The notes beneath the pieces were generated by a model, which was not told where the DNA came from, searched no databases, and saw only the letters and a program-made list of their open reading frames with translations. From positions 24,430,001 through 24,494,000 of the forward strand of contig NC_086109.1 in assembly GCF_963921235.1 (NCBI RefSeq): 64,000 nt of DNA, in the 5' to 3' direction. Within the stretch, counting starts at the first letter, position 1, and every line of letters starts with the position of its first letter. A program made the translations under genes and the position numbers. The stretch comes from Mobula hypostoma. Its lineage: Eukaryota. This document shows, piece by piece, positions 26,175 through 36,250 of the stretch.

Positions 26175-28572
26175 TTTGAACGTTTGGGGCCCTATGATGA
26201 AATGACAGAGGAATGGAGTTCATATGTGGAAATATTTGACTATTTTATGCTGGCAAACTAAATTTCAGATGATATTTGTGTTCCAACTTTTCTGACTGAG
26301 ATGGATGCAAATACATTTAATTATTATGTAGCCTATTGCAACCTGTTAAGCCGGGTGACAAGCCTTTTGAGGACATCATTAAAGACTGAAAGGAACACTA
26401 TTCTCCTAAACCTTTGATTATTGAGAGGTTCAGATTTCATAAAAGGAAGCCGAGTCTATTTCAGAGTTTGTGGTGGTGCTCGAGCAATTGTCTAAACACT
26501 GTGATTTTGGGCAGTACCTGAATGACACGTTACGTGATTGACTTGTAGGTGGTCTGCGTAGTGAGGCAATTCAGAAATGTTTGCTTACAGAAGACTGACT
26601 AACATTACAGAAGGCAATTAAGATTAGTACATCTATGGAAACGGCAGTTGAAGAAGCGCAGCTATGAAGCATTTTTAGAAGTTCATACAGTTTCTCCTGA
26701 TTTTAAAAATAAGACACCTGTTTGCAACCAATCTTACTGTTGTGGCAAAACTGGGCTTTCGGTAAAAAAAATGCTGGTATAGCAATTTAGATTGCCGAAG
26801 CTGTGACAAAAAGGGACATATTGAACACACATCTAAAAGTAAAAAGACACTTTCATCCAAAAACATCATAATATAGAAAAATGAGTTTAGGGAAAACAAA
26901 AAGAAACATGAACAAGATGGAGCATTCTGAGGACAGACTGAGTGACTGTCACGCTGTGGTTGCAGAAGCATTGCTGTTTATCTGATTGAGAACATAAAGA
27001 TGGCTGTTGGGTGACCCCATGGTTGGATGACAATGGTTGGATAAAGCCACAATGAGGATGCGGGTGGACATGGATTCTGTAGAGATACTGGTGTTGGAGA
27101 GAGTTAAAAAGAGTAATTGCAGCATCTCACCCCAGAAGGTGCAAGGTTGAACTTAAGGATTTACACTAATGAGGTTGTTCCAGTGGGAGAGTGGTACATC
27201 TTACAGTGGAGATAAACGAACAGAGAAAGAAACTTCCTCTGCACATTGTTAAAGGAAGTTATCCAGCACTTCAGGGATACTTGTGGTTGGAGCAGCTCAA
27301 ACTCTTTTGACTTTCAATTGAACATTGGGGCCATGTGACTGACAACTTAGGGCTTTGCTTCACAAGGCACCATCAAAGATGAAGGCAATTGTGGAGGCTC
27401 CATCATCACAGAATGAAGGTCAATTAAGATCTTCCTTAGGACTACTAACATACTACGCAAAGTTTGCTTCTAACCTAGTTAGCAAGCTATAACCATTTCA
27501 CGAGCTTTTAAATAAATGAACACACTGGCAGTGGACAGATCACTGTGAAGAGGCTTTTAAAAAAGCCAAAAGACTAATGTCACAATATGAAGCACTCACA
27601 CACTTCAACCCATCCTTGCCCATACAGTTGCTCAGTGATACATCACCCTATGGCGTGAGACAGTTATCTCACATATCATGCCGTTGGGTGAAGAGCGTCC
27701 ATTCGCTTTCCCATCAAAGACATTAAGCAAAGTAGAAAGCCACTATCTGCCCAGATTGAGGAGGAAGCACTAGCAATTGCATTTGGAGTTTAGAAATTCC
27801 ATCAATTCCTCTTTGGTCAACGATGAACACTACTGACTGATCATCGCCCCCTTGTTGTCAATTTTGTCCCACATGTAGGCATTCCTTCCCTGGCTGCTCA
27901 TGAATGCAATGTCGATCTCTGTTACTACCTGAACATCAGTAAGATATAAAGTACAGGAGACCTGAGAACCATTCAAATGCTGATGGCCTATCCAGACTTC
28001 CTTTAACTATTACAACTCCAAAGCTATTTTCAAAGTAAATCTTTTACCTCAAGGAAGTACCTACATCTCCAGTAACCTTATTGCAAGTCTGGAAGCACAC
28101 ATGTACTGATGCTGTTCTGTCTAAAGTGATGGACTTGGTAACTCATGAATGGAAAGGAGAGCCAACCACAGAGTTGAAACCTTACCAGGGTCAAGGGAAG
28201 GAACTCCCATCCAACAGGATGTCTACTATGGGGCTCCATTGAGAAAGCAAGTTCTTGATGAGCTACGTGCAGGACACTGTGTTGTAGTACGCATGAAAGA
28301 AATTGCAAGCAGCTACTTCTCGTGGCCAGAACTGGATGTAACCATTGAAGAGAAGGCCAAAGCATGCCCATATGGTAAGCGAGTGAGAAATGCTTCTCAC
28401 CTTTTTCCTTTGCATCCATGGGAATAGGCTGATGAGCCATGACAAAGGAATCTCATAGATTTGGCAGGACCTGTAGAAGACCACATTTTCTTAGCCGTAG
28501 TGGACACATGTAACAAAAAGTCTGAGGTTGCCATCATGAAGAGCACAATATCTGAATAATGCGTTGAGGAGA

Positions 28573-29262
28573 TACGTTCCCCCATTCTTGCCATAGAGGG
28601 AGTACAAAGAAGGTTCACCAGATTGATTCCTGGGATGGCAGGACTTTCATATGATGGAAGACTGGATCAACTAGGCTTAAACTCGTTGGAATTTAGAAGA
28701 TTGAGGAGGGATCTTATTGAAACGTATAAAATCCTAAAGGGACACACATCAAAGTTGCTGGTGAACGCAGCAGGCCAGGCAGCATCTCTAGGAAAAGGTA
28801 CAGTTGATGTTTCAGGCCGAGACCCTTCATCAGGACTAATTGAAGGAAAAGTTAGTAAGAGATTGATTTAAACTTCTTCGGTGTACTTAAAGGGATTGGA
28901 CAGGCTAGATGCAGGAAGATTGTTCCTGATGTTGGGGAAGTCCAGTACGAGGGGTCACAGTTTGAGGATAAAGGAGAAGCCTTTTAGGACCGAGATCAGG
29001 AAAAACTTCTTCACACAGAGAGTGGTGAATCTGTGGAATTCTCAGCCACAGGAAACAGTTGAGGCCAGTTCATTGGCTATATTTAAGAGGGAGTTAGATA
29101 TGGCCCTTGTGGCTAAAGGGATCAGGGGGTCTGGAGGGAAGGATGGTACAGGATTCTGAGTTGGATGATCAGCCATGATCATTACTGAATGGCGGTGCAG
29201 GCTCAAGGGGCCGAATGGCCTACTCCTGCACCTATTTTCTATGTTTCTATGTTTCTATGTTT
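28573..29262 (+). mobile_element. Young CR1 3' fragment inserted in Gypsy integrase
   Basis: Nearly identical to the C-terminus of the 779-aa ORF; (TTTCTATG)n tail. The Gypsy frame CVEEIRS | IFSHFG resumes after it. Confidence 0.9.
28743..28887 (-). mobile_element. PLE terminus with hammerhead core (~28801-28838), inserted in CR1
   Basis: 8-bp TSD TAAAGGGA at 28735-28742 and 28888-28895; reverse strand reads AGTC-CTGATGA-AGGGTCTCGGCCT-GAAA-CATC-AACT. Confidence 0.85.
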
Positions 29263-30929
29263 CATCTTTAGCCATTTTGGGCAAAGTCAACAGCTTGTAA
29301 GTGACAATGGCCCACAACGCCTGTCTGAAGAGCTCAAGGCATTTATGGAAGTAAATGCTATTCAGTACATCAGGTCACCACTGTATCATCCAACCACTAT
29401 GGCTTTGCTGAATGATTCACACAAACAATGAAACAAGCCATCAATACTTCAGTGGGAAGTGGTTTCCTCAACCAGTGTCTTGCTGACATACTGCAACACA
29501 TTTCACACTACCACCAAAATGGATCCAGCCACTGCAGTGATGAAAAGACCACTTTGCACCCTGCTTGACTGGCTTAGACTCCCAAATTTAAAACAGATTT
29601 GCTAAATGAACAGAATATCCATGCAGACACGTGTCAAAGCGCAGTACTGAGGTTTCACAGCAGGAGGGAGAACACTTGCCTGGAGCTACATCTCTGGAAC
29701 CTGCAGCGGTGGTGGCACAAACTGGTCCTGTGTCATACGCAGTGGAAACTAGTAACCACAACAGCTGGAGAAGGCATGTTGATCAGCTGTTTCCCACTTC
29801 TGTGGCTGCTGAAAACCAACACAAACTGACCAATCCAGATCCAATTGTGGAAATGAGGCTGGACGCTGAGACAACGACTGCAGAACCTCCGTTTGGATCA
29901 AGTGACACAGCCAGTGCTCCACCATCATCTGTGCTTTCTGAGGTGCCCCACACTGACAATGCAATACCCAAACCAAGATCTACAGTATACGTACACTACC
30001 GGGTGATAAAATGACTTTGGGATCATTCCCAGGTAGTTGATAGACTCACAGGAACAGGCGGCCTCCAGACAGACTGAAACTCTAGTTTAGTGACTAACCC
30101 TCAGCACATAGGGGCAGAATAATCCCCATGGTTTTTTTTGGGATTAGAAGCAGTCTACCCTCTTTCCCGAGTCTGGAAAAAAATGTGTTTTTGTTGGTGG
30201 TGGAATTTGCTGATTACTCCATTGAATGTTAATAGTTCAGCAGCTGATCTGTATATGGGAAGGAAGAGAAACATTTAAAATAAGGTGATGGGATATATTA
30301 TTTATTCATGTATATTTTGACCCTTACAGGTTGCTGTTAACATACTGAACGTAATCTGAGAGGACTTTCTGGATTGATGACTTACAAACAAAATAAAGGG
30401 CCGCACACTTGTTCCTCACCTCTCCATCTCCATGTGTACTATTCATCAACACCTGGCTTCCCAGGACCACAAACATAACAGTAATGTGCAATGATTTTTA
30501 AAGATAAATGCAGGTTGTACTGTTTGAAAATTTCATACTCAGCTTTTTCTGCAAGAACAAAACTCCAAAGCTTGACGTCCAACTTAGCACCTTGCAATAT
30601 GTACCCAAAAGGCTAAGTATGCAGACCACAGATCTCATGGTTGAGAAATCATGTTTCCACCCAGTCTCCGCATGCAGACACCGCACAAGCAGAATTCAAT
30701 GGCAGGCTCTCTGAATTCTGGTTTCCATCATTGATAGTGCGTGTGTACTCACATTATAAACCAAGATCAAAATAACCGACTGTAGTTCACAGCAGATTCC
30801 TATTGCTCTAACATCATTCATCTATTGATATGTCCAACAGAGATGAAGAGATTTCATGCTGACTTCTGGATGAAGTATAACCCTCATTTCTGTAAAATGT
30901 GTCCTGTATATAATATTGATGGCTGATTG

Positions 30930-31150
30930 GTATGTTTTGCAACTTCAAAACATTAAACAAATTCAAAGGAAGCACACGAGAGACCGAAATACAAGTGTAG
31001 CTTCTTCTTTACATTTAGCAGGGTGTGCACGTATCATCCAGCAGCGTGATGACGAATAATGTATTTTTACAATTAATTATTTAAATTAACAAGAATGCTT
31101 AATCAACCAATACAAGATTGCTAAAATATAATTGAAATATTAAATAAACA
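30930..31150 (-). repeat. Putative 3' LTR of a second (minus-strand) Gypsy element, preceded by a polypurine tract
   Basis: Minus strand reads AAGCAGGGAGGAG (~31167-31155), then TGTTTATTTAATATTTC ... GTTGCAAAACA (TG...CA termini). Confidence 0.6.
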
Positions 31151-31490
31151 AGACTCCTCCCTGCTTAGGTATAGACTCCAACTCAATAGAGAATGCATCT
31201 CAAATATGTTTGTTATGTCTCTCCTCTTGCTGTGAAAACAGAGACATCTCTTTCTCCCTTATTAGGGAGAGAGAGAACCTGTGGTATATCGAATACCGGG
31301 TGAACGTGTGGTCTTTGGAGTACTGCAGGTCTGTGTCTTTGCTGTTGCCTTTACTGCATGCTTGAGTGCTTGCTGGTGGGGTCGATGCTTTTTTTTTTGT
31401 TGGTGGTGGGGAGGGGGGATAGTTGCTTGCTGCCACTTGCACGCGGGAGGGAGGGAGGGGAGCTGTGGGGCAGGGGGACTTTGGGGTTCT

Positions 31491-33873
31491 AACATAGAAA
31501 AACCTGTACCGCCATTCAGTATGATCATGGCTGATCATCCAACTCAGAACTCTGTACCAGCCTTCCCCCCATACCCCCTGATCCCTTTAGCCACAAGGGC
31601 CATATCTAACTCCCTCTGAAATATAGCCAATAAACTGGCCTCAACTGTTTCCTGTGGCAGAGAATGCCAGAGATTCACCACTCTCTGTGTGAAGAAGTTT
31701 TTCCTAATCTCGGTCCTAAAAGGCTTCCCCTTTATCCTCAAACTGTGACCCCTCGTTCTGGACTTCCCCAACATTGGGAACAATCTTCCTGCATCTAGCC
31801 TGTCCAATCCCTTTAGGATTTTATACGTTTCAATCAGATCCCCCCTCAATCTTCTAAATTCCAACGAGTATAAGCCTAGTTCATCCAGTCTTTCATCATA
31901 TGAAAGTCCAGCCATCCCAGGAATCAATCTGGTGAACCTTCTTTGTACTCCCTCTATGGCAAGGATGTCTTTCCTCAGATTAGGGGACCAAAACTGCACA
32001 CAATACTCCAGGTGTGGTCTCACCAAGACCTTGTACAACTGCAGTAGTACCTCCCTGCTCCTGTACTCGAATCCTCTTGCTATAAATGCCAGCATACCAT
32101 TCGCCTTTTTCACTGCCTGCTGTACCTGCATGCCCACTTTCAATGACTGGTGTATAATGACACCCAGGTCTCGTTGCACCTCCCCTTTTCCTAATCGGCC
32201 ACCATTCAGATAATAATCTGTTTTCCTGTTTTTGCCACCAAAGTGGATAACTTCACATTTATCCACATTAAATTGTATCTGCATTGAATTTGCCCACTCA
32301 CCTAACCTATCCAAGTCACCCTGCATCCTCTTAGCATCCTCCTCACAGTTAACACTGCCGCCCAGCTTCGTGTCATCCGCAAACTTGGAGATGCTGCATT
32401 TAATTCCCTCATCCAAGTCATTAATATATATTGTAAACAACTGGGGTCCCAGCACTGAGCCTTGCGGTACCCCACTAGTCACTGCCTGCCATTCTGAAAA
32501 GGTCCCGTTTATTCCCATTCTTTGCTTCCTGTCTGCCAACCAATTCTCTATCCACATCAATACTTTACCCCCAATACCATGTGCTTTAAGTTTGCACACT
32601 AATCTCCTGTGTGGGACCTTGTCAAAAGCCTTTTGAAAATCCAAATATACCACATCCACTGGTTCTCCCCTATCCACTCTACTAGTTACATCCTCAAAAA
32701 ATTCTATGAGATTCGTCAGACATGATTTTCCTTTCACAAATCCATGCTGACTTTGTCCAATGATTTCACCGCTTTCCAAATGTGCTGTTATCACATCTTT
32801 GATAACTGACTCTAGCAGTTTCCCCACCACCGATGTTAGGCTAACCGGTCTATAATTCCCCGGTTTCTCTCTCCCTCCTTTTTTAAGAAGTGGGGTTACA
32901 TTAACCACCCTCCAATCCTCAGGAACTAGTCCAGAATCTAAAGAGTTTTGAAAAATTATCACTAATGCATCCACTATTTCTTGGGCTACTTCCTTAAGCA
33001 CTCTGGGATGCAGACCATCTGGCCCTGGGGATTTATCTGCCTTTAATCCCTTCAATTTACCTAACAACACTTCCTTACTAACATGTATTTCGCTCAGTTC
33101 CTCCATCTCACTGGACCCTCTGTCCCCTACTATTTCCGGAAGATTATTTATGTCCTCCTTAGTGAAGACAGAACCAAAGTAATTATTCAATTGGTCTGCC
33201 ATGTCCTTGCTCCCCATAATCAATTCACCTGTTTCTGTCTGTAGAGGACCTACATTTGTCTTAACCAATCTTTTTCTTTTCACATATCTATAAAAGCTTT
33301 TACAGTCAGTTTTTATGTTCCCTGCCAGTTTTCTCTCATAATCTTTTTTCCCCTTCCTAATTAAGCCCTTTGTCCTCCTCTGCTGAACTCTGAATTTCTC
33401 CCAGTCCTCAGGTGAGCCACATTTTCTGGCTAATTTGTATGCTTCTTCTTTGGAATTGATACTATCCCTAATTTCCCTTGTCATCCACAGGTGCACTACC
33501 TTCCTTGATTTATTCTTTTGCCAAACTGGGATGAACAATTGTTGTAGTTCATCCATGCGATCTTTAAATGCTTGCCATTGCATATCCACCGTCAATCCTT
33601 TAAGTGTCATTTGCCAGTCTATCTTAGCTAATTCACGTCTCATACCTTCAAAGTTACCCTTCTTTAAGTTCAGAACCTTTGTTTCTGAATTAGCTATGTC
33701 ACTCTCCATCTTAATGAAGAATTCCACCATATTATGGTCACTCTTACCCAAGGAGCCTCTCATGACAAGATTGCTAATTAACCCTTCCTCATTGCTCAAT
33801 ACCCAGTTTAGAATAGCCTGCTCTCTCGTTGGCTCCTCGACATGTTGGTTCAAAAAACCATCCCGCATACATT
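31491..33873 (-). mobile_element. Young 5'-truncated CR1 LINE
   Basis: Contains the uninterrupted ORF2 portion; the CATAGAAA tail remnant lies at 31491-31500. Confidence 0.95.
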
Positions 33874-33883
33874 TAACTCTCAT
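31544..33883 (-). CDS. CR1 ORF2 fragment: end of APE endonuclease plus complete RT domain (N-terminally truncated, annotated start is not native)
   Basis: 779 open codons with LGKSDHN, KSPGPDG, NYRPVSLTS, YLDFQKAFDKVPH, SGVPQGSVLGP, KFADDTK, LVRPHLEYCVQFWSP. Confidence 0.9.
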   Translation of the reverse strand: MRVKCMRDGFLNQHVEEPTREQAILNWVLSNEEGLISNLVMRGSLGKSDHNMVEFFIKMESDIANSETKVLNLKKGNFEGMRRELAKIDWQMTLKGLTVDMQWQAFKDRMDELQQLFIPVWQKNKSRKVVHLWMTREIRDSINSKEEAYKLARKCGSPEDWEKFRVQQRRTKGLIRKGKKDYERKLAGNIKTDCKSFYRYVKRKRLVKTNVGPLQTETGELIMGSKDMADQLNNYFGSVFTKEDINNLPEIVGDRGSSEMEELSEIHVSKEVLLGKLKGLKADKSPGPDGLHPRVLKEVAQEIVDALVIIFQNSLDSGLVPEDWRVVNVTPLLKKGGREKPGNYRPVSLTSVVGKLLESVIKDVITAHLESGEIIGQSQHGFVKGKSCLTNLIEFFEDVTSRVDRGEPVDVVYLDFQKAFDKVPHRRLVCKLKAHGIGGKVLMWIENWLADRKQRMGINGTFSEWQAVTSGVPQGSVLGPQLFTIYINDLDEGIKCSISKFADDTKLGGSVNCEEDAKRMQGDLDRLGEWANSMQIQFNVDKCEVIHFGGKNRKTDYYLNGGRLGKGEVQRDLGVIIHQSLKVGMQVQQAVKKANGMLAFIARGFEYRSREVLLQLYKVLVRPHLEYCVQFWSPNLRKDILAIEGVQRRFTRLIPGMAGLSYDERLDELGLYSLEFRRLRGDLIETYKILKGLDRLDAGRLFPMLGKSRTRGHSLRIKGKPFRTEIRKNFFTQRVVNLWHSLPQETVEASLLAIFQRELDMALVAKGIRGYGGKAGTEF

Positions 33884-34028
33884 TCATTCTTTGGGCACTC
33901 CTTTGTTTTTGTGGATGGTTATGAAGAAAAAGCATTTCAGGATGTATATTGTGTACATTTCTCTGACATTAAGTGTAACCTTTGAAACCTTTGAAACTAC
34001 CATATATTGACATCTACAGCATAGTAAA

Positions 34029-34806
34029 GTTTTCCAATATTTTGTTAATTTATATATAAGAATACAGAATATAGGAAAAAATATATTTGTCAATACATTA
34101 AACTAAATCGCACATTAAGACTTCTTACCCTATATTAGTAAATATCAATTAGTTTGTAACATTGAAAAATAATAATTTTTTAAATATAAAAAAAATCTAA
34201 CCCACTACCAAGACTAAAGCTCATTAATAGAAAAAAAAAAGAAAAAAGATTATTCATCATCATCTGTGTTTTAACAGCAAATCAAAGGTTTTGAAAATAA
34301 TTCAGAAAGGGTCTCCACAATGTTTGAAAGTCTTGATTAGATTCAAAGGTTGAACATCGAATCTGCTCTAAATTTAAACATGTCATCAGATCACATAACC
34401 ATCACGTAACAATTTTTAAGTTGGTCAACATTACAGTGTTATGTGCCCGTCACTCTCTCCTTCAATTTAAAGTGGTCCATAGGGCCCATATGACTATAGA
34501 TAAGTTGTCTCGTTTTTATTTAGATATATCCCTGTATTGTGATAAATGTAATAATGGAGAATCTTCACTCATTCATATGTTTTAGACATGTCCGAGTTTG
34601 GAAAATATTGGAAGGAAGTATTTCAAACCTTTTTGATACTTTTTAAAGTAAATTTCAAGCCTAATCCTTTGACTGCTATATTTGGTATTGTTGGAGGAAA
34701 GGATATTATTTTGGAGCCAACTGATTTGCACATTTTGGCTTTTATGTCTCTTATTGCCAGAAGGACACTTTTGCTTAAATGGAAAGATGTGGCTCCTCCT
34801 ATTCAT
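34029..34806 (-). mobile_element. L1/Tx1-type LINE 3' fragment with 5' inversion
   Basis: Plus segment ~34410-34806 encodes QFKVVHRAHMT...CDKC...HMF.TC...LLLKWKDVAPPIH. Minus segment ~34402-34285 continues WLCDLMTCLNLEQIR...LWRPFLNYF. CATAGTAAA is repeated at 34020-34028 and 34807-34815. Confidence 0.8.
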
Positions 34807-34815
34807 CATAGTAAA

Positions 34816-35038
34816 TTTTTAAATGTCCCATTCAGAGGTAAAGATTTAATCTCTGTGGAGGCTTTCTTACTCTTGAGGGATGATGCCTTTCCTGAGAAGC
34901 GGAATCCCTCTATTAGGCAGGTGAGATTTGTGGCTGTGAAAACAATCTCGGGTTCTGAGGTCTCCTCTGTGGTGGTTGTAGAGTTTACTCAGAGATTGCA
35001 AGAAGTGGTTTGGGCAGTGGTAGCCACCTTTCTTCTCC
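34816..35038 (-). mobile_element. Gypsy pol (integrase) C-terminal tail
   Basis: Pro/Thr-rich linker then QERHHPSRVRKPPQRLNLYL* (34894-34832), matching the RRYPxRxRKPPxRL terminus typical of this Gypsy type. Confidence 0.7.
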
Positions 35039-35700
35039 TTTTCTCCCTCTCGATCTACTTTGATCCCATTCTTTTTCTTTCTCACAATCCTTCTCTCTTT
35101 CACACCATTCTCTTTCTTGTTCACATTCTTTCTTTCCATCTCTTTCCTCATTTTTTCTTCTTCCAGTTTGTGCAACTTGACCTTGGGAAGGTCCATTTAG
35201 TCCATTGGAGAATTCTCTTATTAGTCCTTCTATTGCTCCCTATATGATCTGATCGCTTCTCTCGGTTGCCTCATCCACAACATCACCTGGTGAATCCTGT
35301 GCTTTCGTATCTCCATTGACTCCTTTCTTTTTGGCCTTCTATTCATCCAGCTGAACTTTGGTCCTTGCATCAACTTTTACAAGCAGCTTTTTGTCTCCCA
35401 CCTGAAGTTCGTGCAATAATCTTAATGCAAGCAGCGTAGGCTCTGGTTCTTTATACTCACGAAAGCCGAATGCTTGCAAAGTTCCTGAAGCTCCTTGAAT
35501 TCTCTTCCAGCTTAGAACTAAGGCACATTTCAAAGTTACTGCCTGATTAACATATCAGAAGCCTTCTCAAATATGTTGCCTACAAAAACTGTTGTAGCCA
35601 GTCCATTGCTTTAGTTGCTTTCACAATTCCTCTGAGCAGCATGGTCCTTCCTGGGTCCGATATGTTTTCCAGCCAGAGGCACAGTGGTTGGCACCAACAC
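35039..35700 (-). pseudogene. RBM25: Processed, disabled RBM25 fragment (RRM region plus start of the Arg/Glu-rich region)
   Basis: VLVPTTVPLAGKHIGPRKDH; TTVFVGNIFEKASDMLIRQ*; KCALVLSWKRIQGASGTLQAFGFREYKEPEPTLLALRLLHELQVGDKKLLVKVDARTKVQLDE*KAKKK; GAIEGLIREFS; KLEEEK. No introns; stops and frameshifts present. Confidence 0.92.
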
Positions 35701-35859
35701 CTGTTTGTCCTCTGTTGACAACAGTTCATTCTGTACAACATGGAGACAGTTTTGGCATCATCAAGTACCTTTCTGAATTTGCTTTCATATGGCTTCATTG
35801 CAGTGATTTCTGAGAAGGATCTCAGTGAGTGAGTGGGGAGTTTGTTATTTATAGAAGAT

Positions 35860-36250
35860 ATTAGGCAGACCAGGAATATACTCCCTTCACTTTAGGGAGG
35901 GATGTGATTGATAAGTAGAAAAGTCTAAGGGTAGATGCAAGGCTGATACTTCTTCTGAATTGGATGTCTAGAAACAAGGGCCTTAATGTAACAGTAAGGG
36001 CTGGCTCTTCAGGGTTACAATGAGAAGAGTTTTCTACCCTAAGAAGGTGACGAGTTTTCAAATTCACTACCAAGAGAGCTGTTGAGCTTCATTTGCTGAG
36101 TATGTTCAAGATAGTTTCAGATAAGATTTTATATATTAAAGGAATGGAGGGATATAGGATTGGGACAGCAAAGTGGCACTGACATAAAAGTTACCCATTA
36201 ATGGAAAAGGAGGCATGAGGGGTCAAATGGCAAACTCCTGCTTCTATGTA
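35860..36250 (+). mobile_element. Old CR1 3' fragment
   Basis: Degenerate GGGTAGATGCAAGG...TCTAGAAACAAGGG...GGGTCAAATGGCAAACTCCTGCTTCTATG resembles CR1 3' ends elsewhere in the window. Confidence 0.55.

Larger units (their letters stand above)
25589..30480 (+). mobile_element. Decayed Gypsy/Ty3 LTR retrotransposon with both LTRs (~25589-25780 and ~30290-30480)
   Basis: Two diverged direct repeats both end CATAACA; TGG at 25783 is PBS-like. gag EEWSSYVEIFDYFMLAN and Cys-rich knuckle at ~26735-26830; RNase H region; integrase ELRAGH...WPELDVTIEEKAKAC, LHPWE and LVSDNGPQ. Most of RT appears deleted near 27310. Confidence 0.85.
31208..33995 (+). mobile_element. Non-autonomous retroposon or LINE 3' UTR (31208-31490 plus 33874-33995) hosting the CR1 insertion
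   Basis: GGGGTTCTAACAT | TTAACTCTCATTC reads continuously across the CR1; ends in an (ACCTTTGAA)n tail like the element end at ~12556-12575. Confidence 0.55.

Noticed and set aside
31932..34010. Plus-strand ORFs overlapping the CR1
   Set aside because: Antisense shadows of the CR1 ORF2 frame.
34588..35247. 219-aa + strand ORF containing a kinase-like VAVK
   Set aside because: Chimeric read-through: L1 fragment followed by antisense of the Gypsy tail and RBM25; no other kinase motifs.
35339..35533. RBM25 segment as an exon of the functional gene
   Set aside because: In-frame stops on both sides, substitutions at conserved residues, and contiguous multi-exon sequence without introns.
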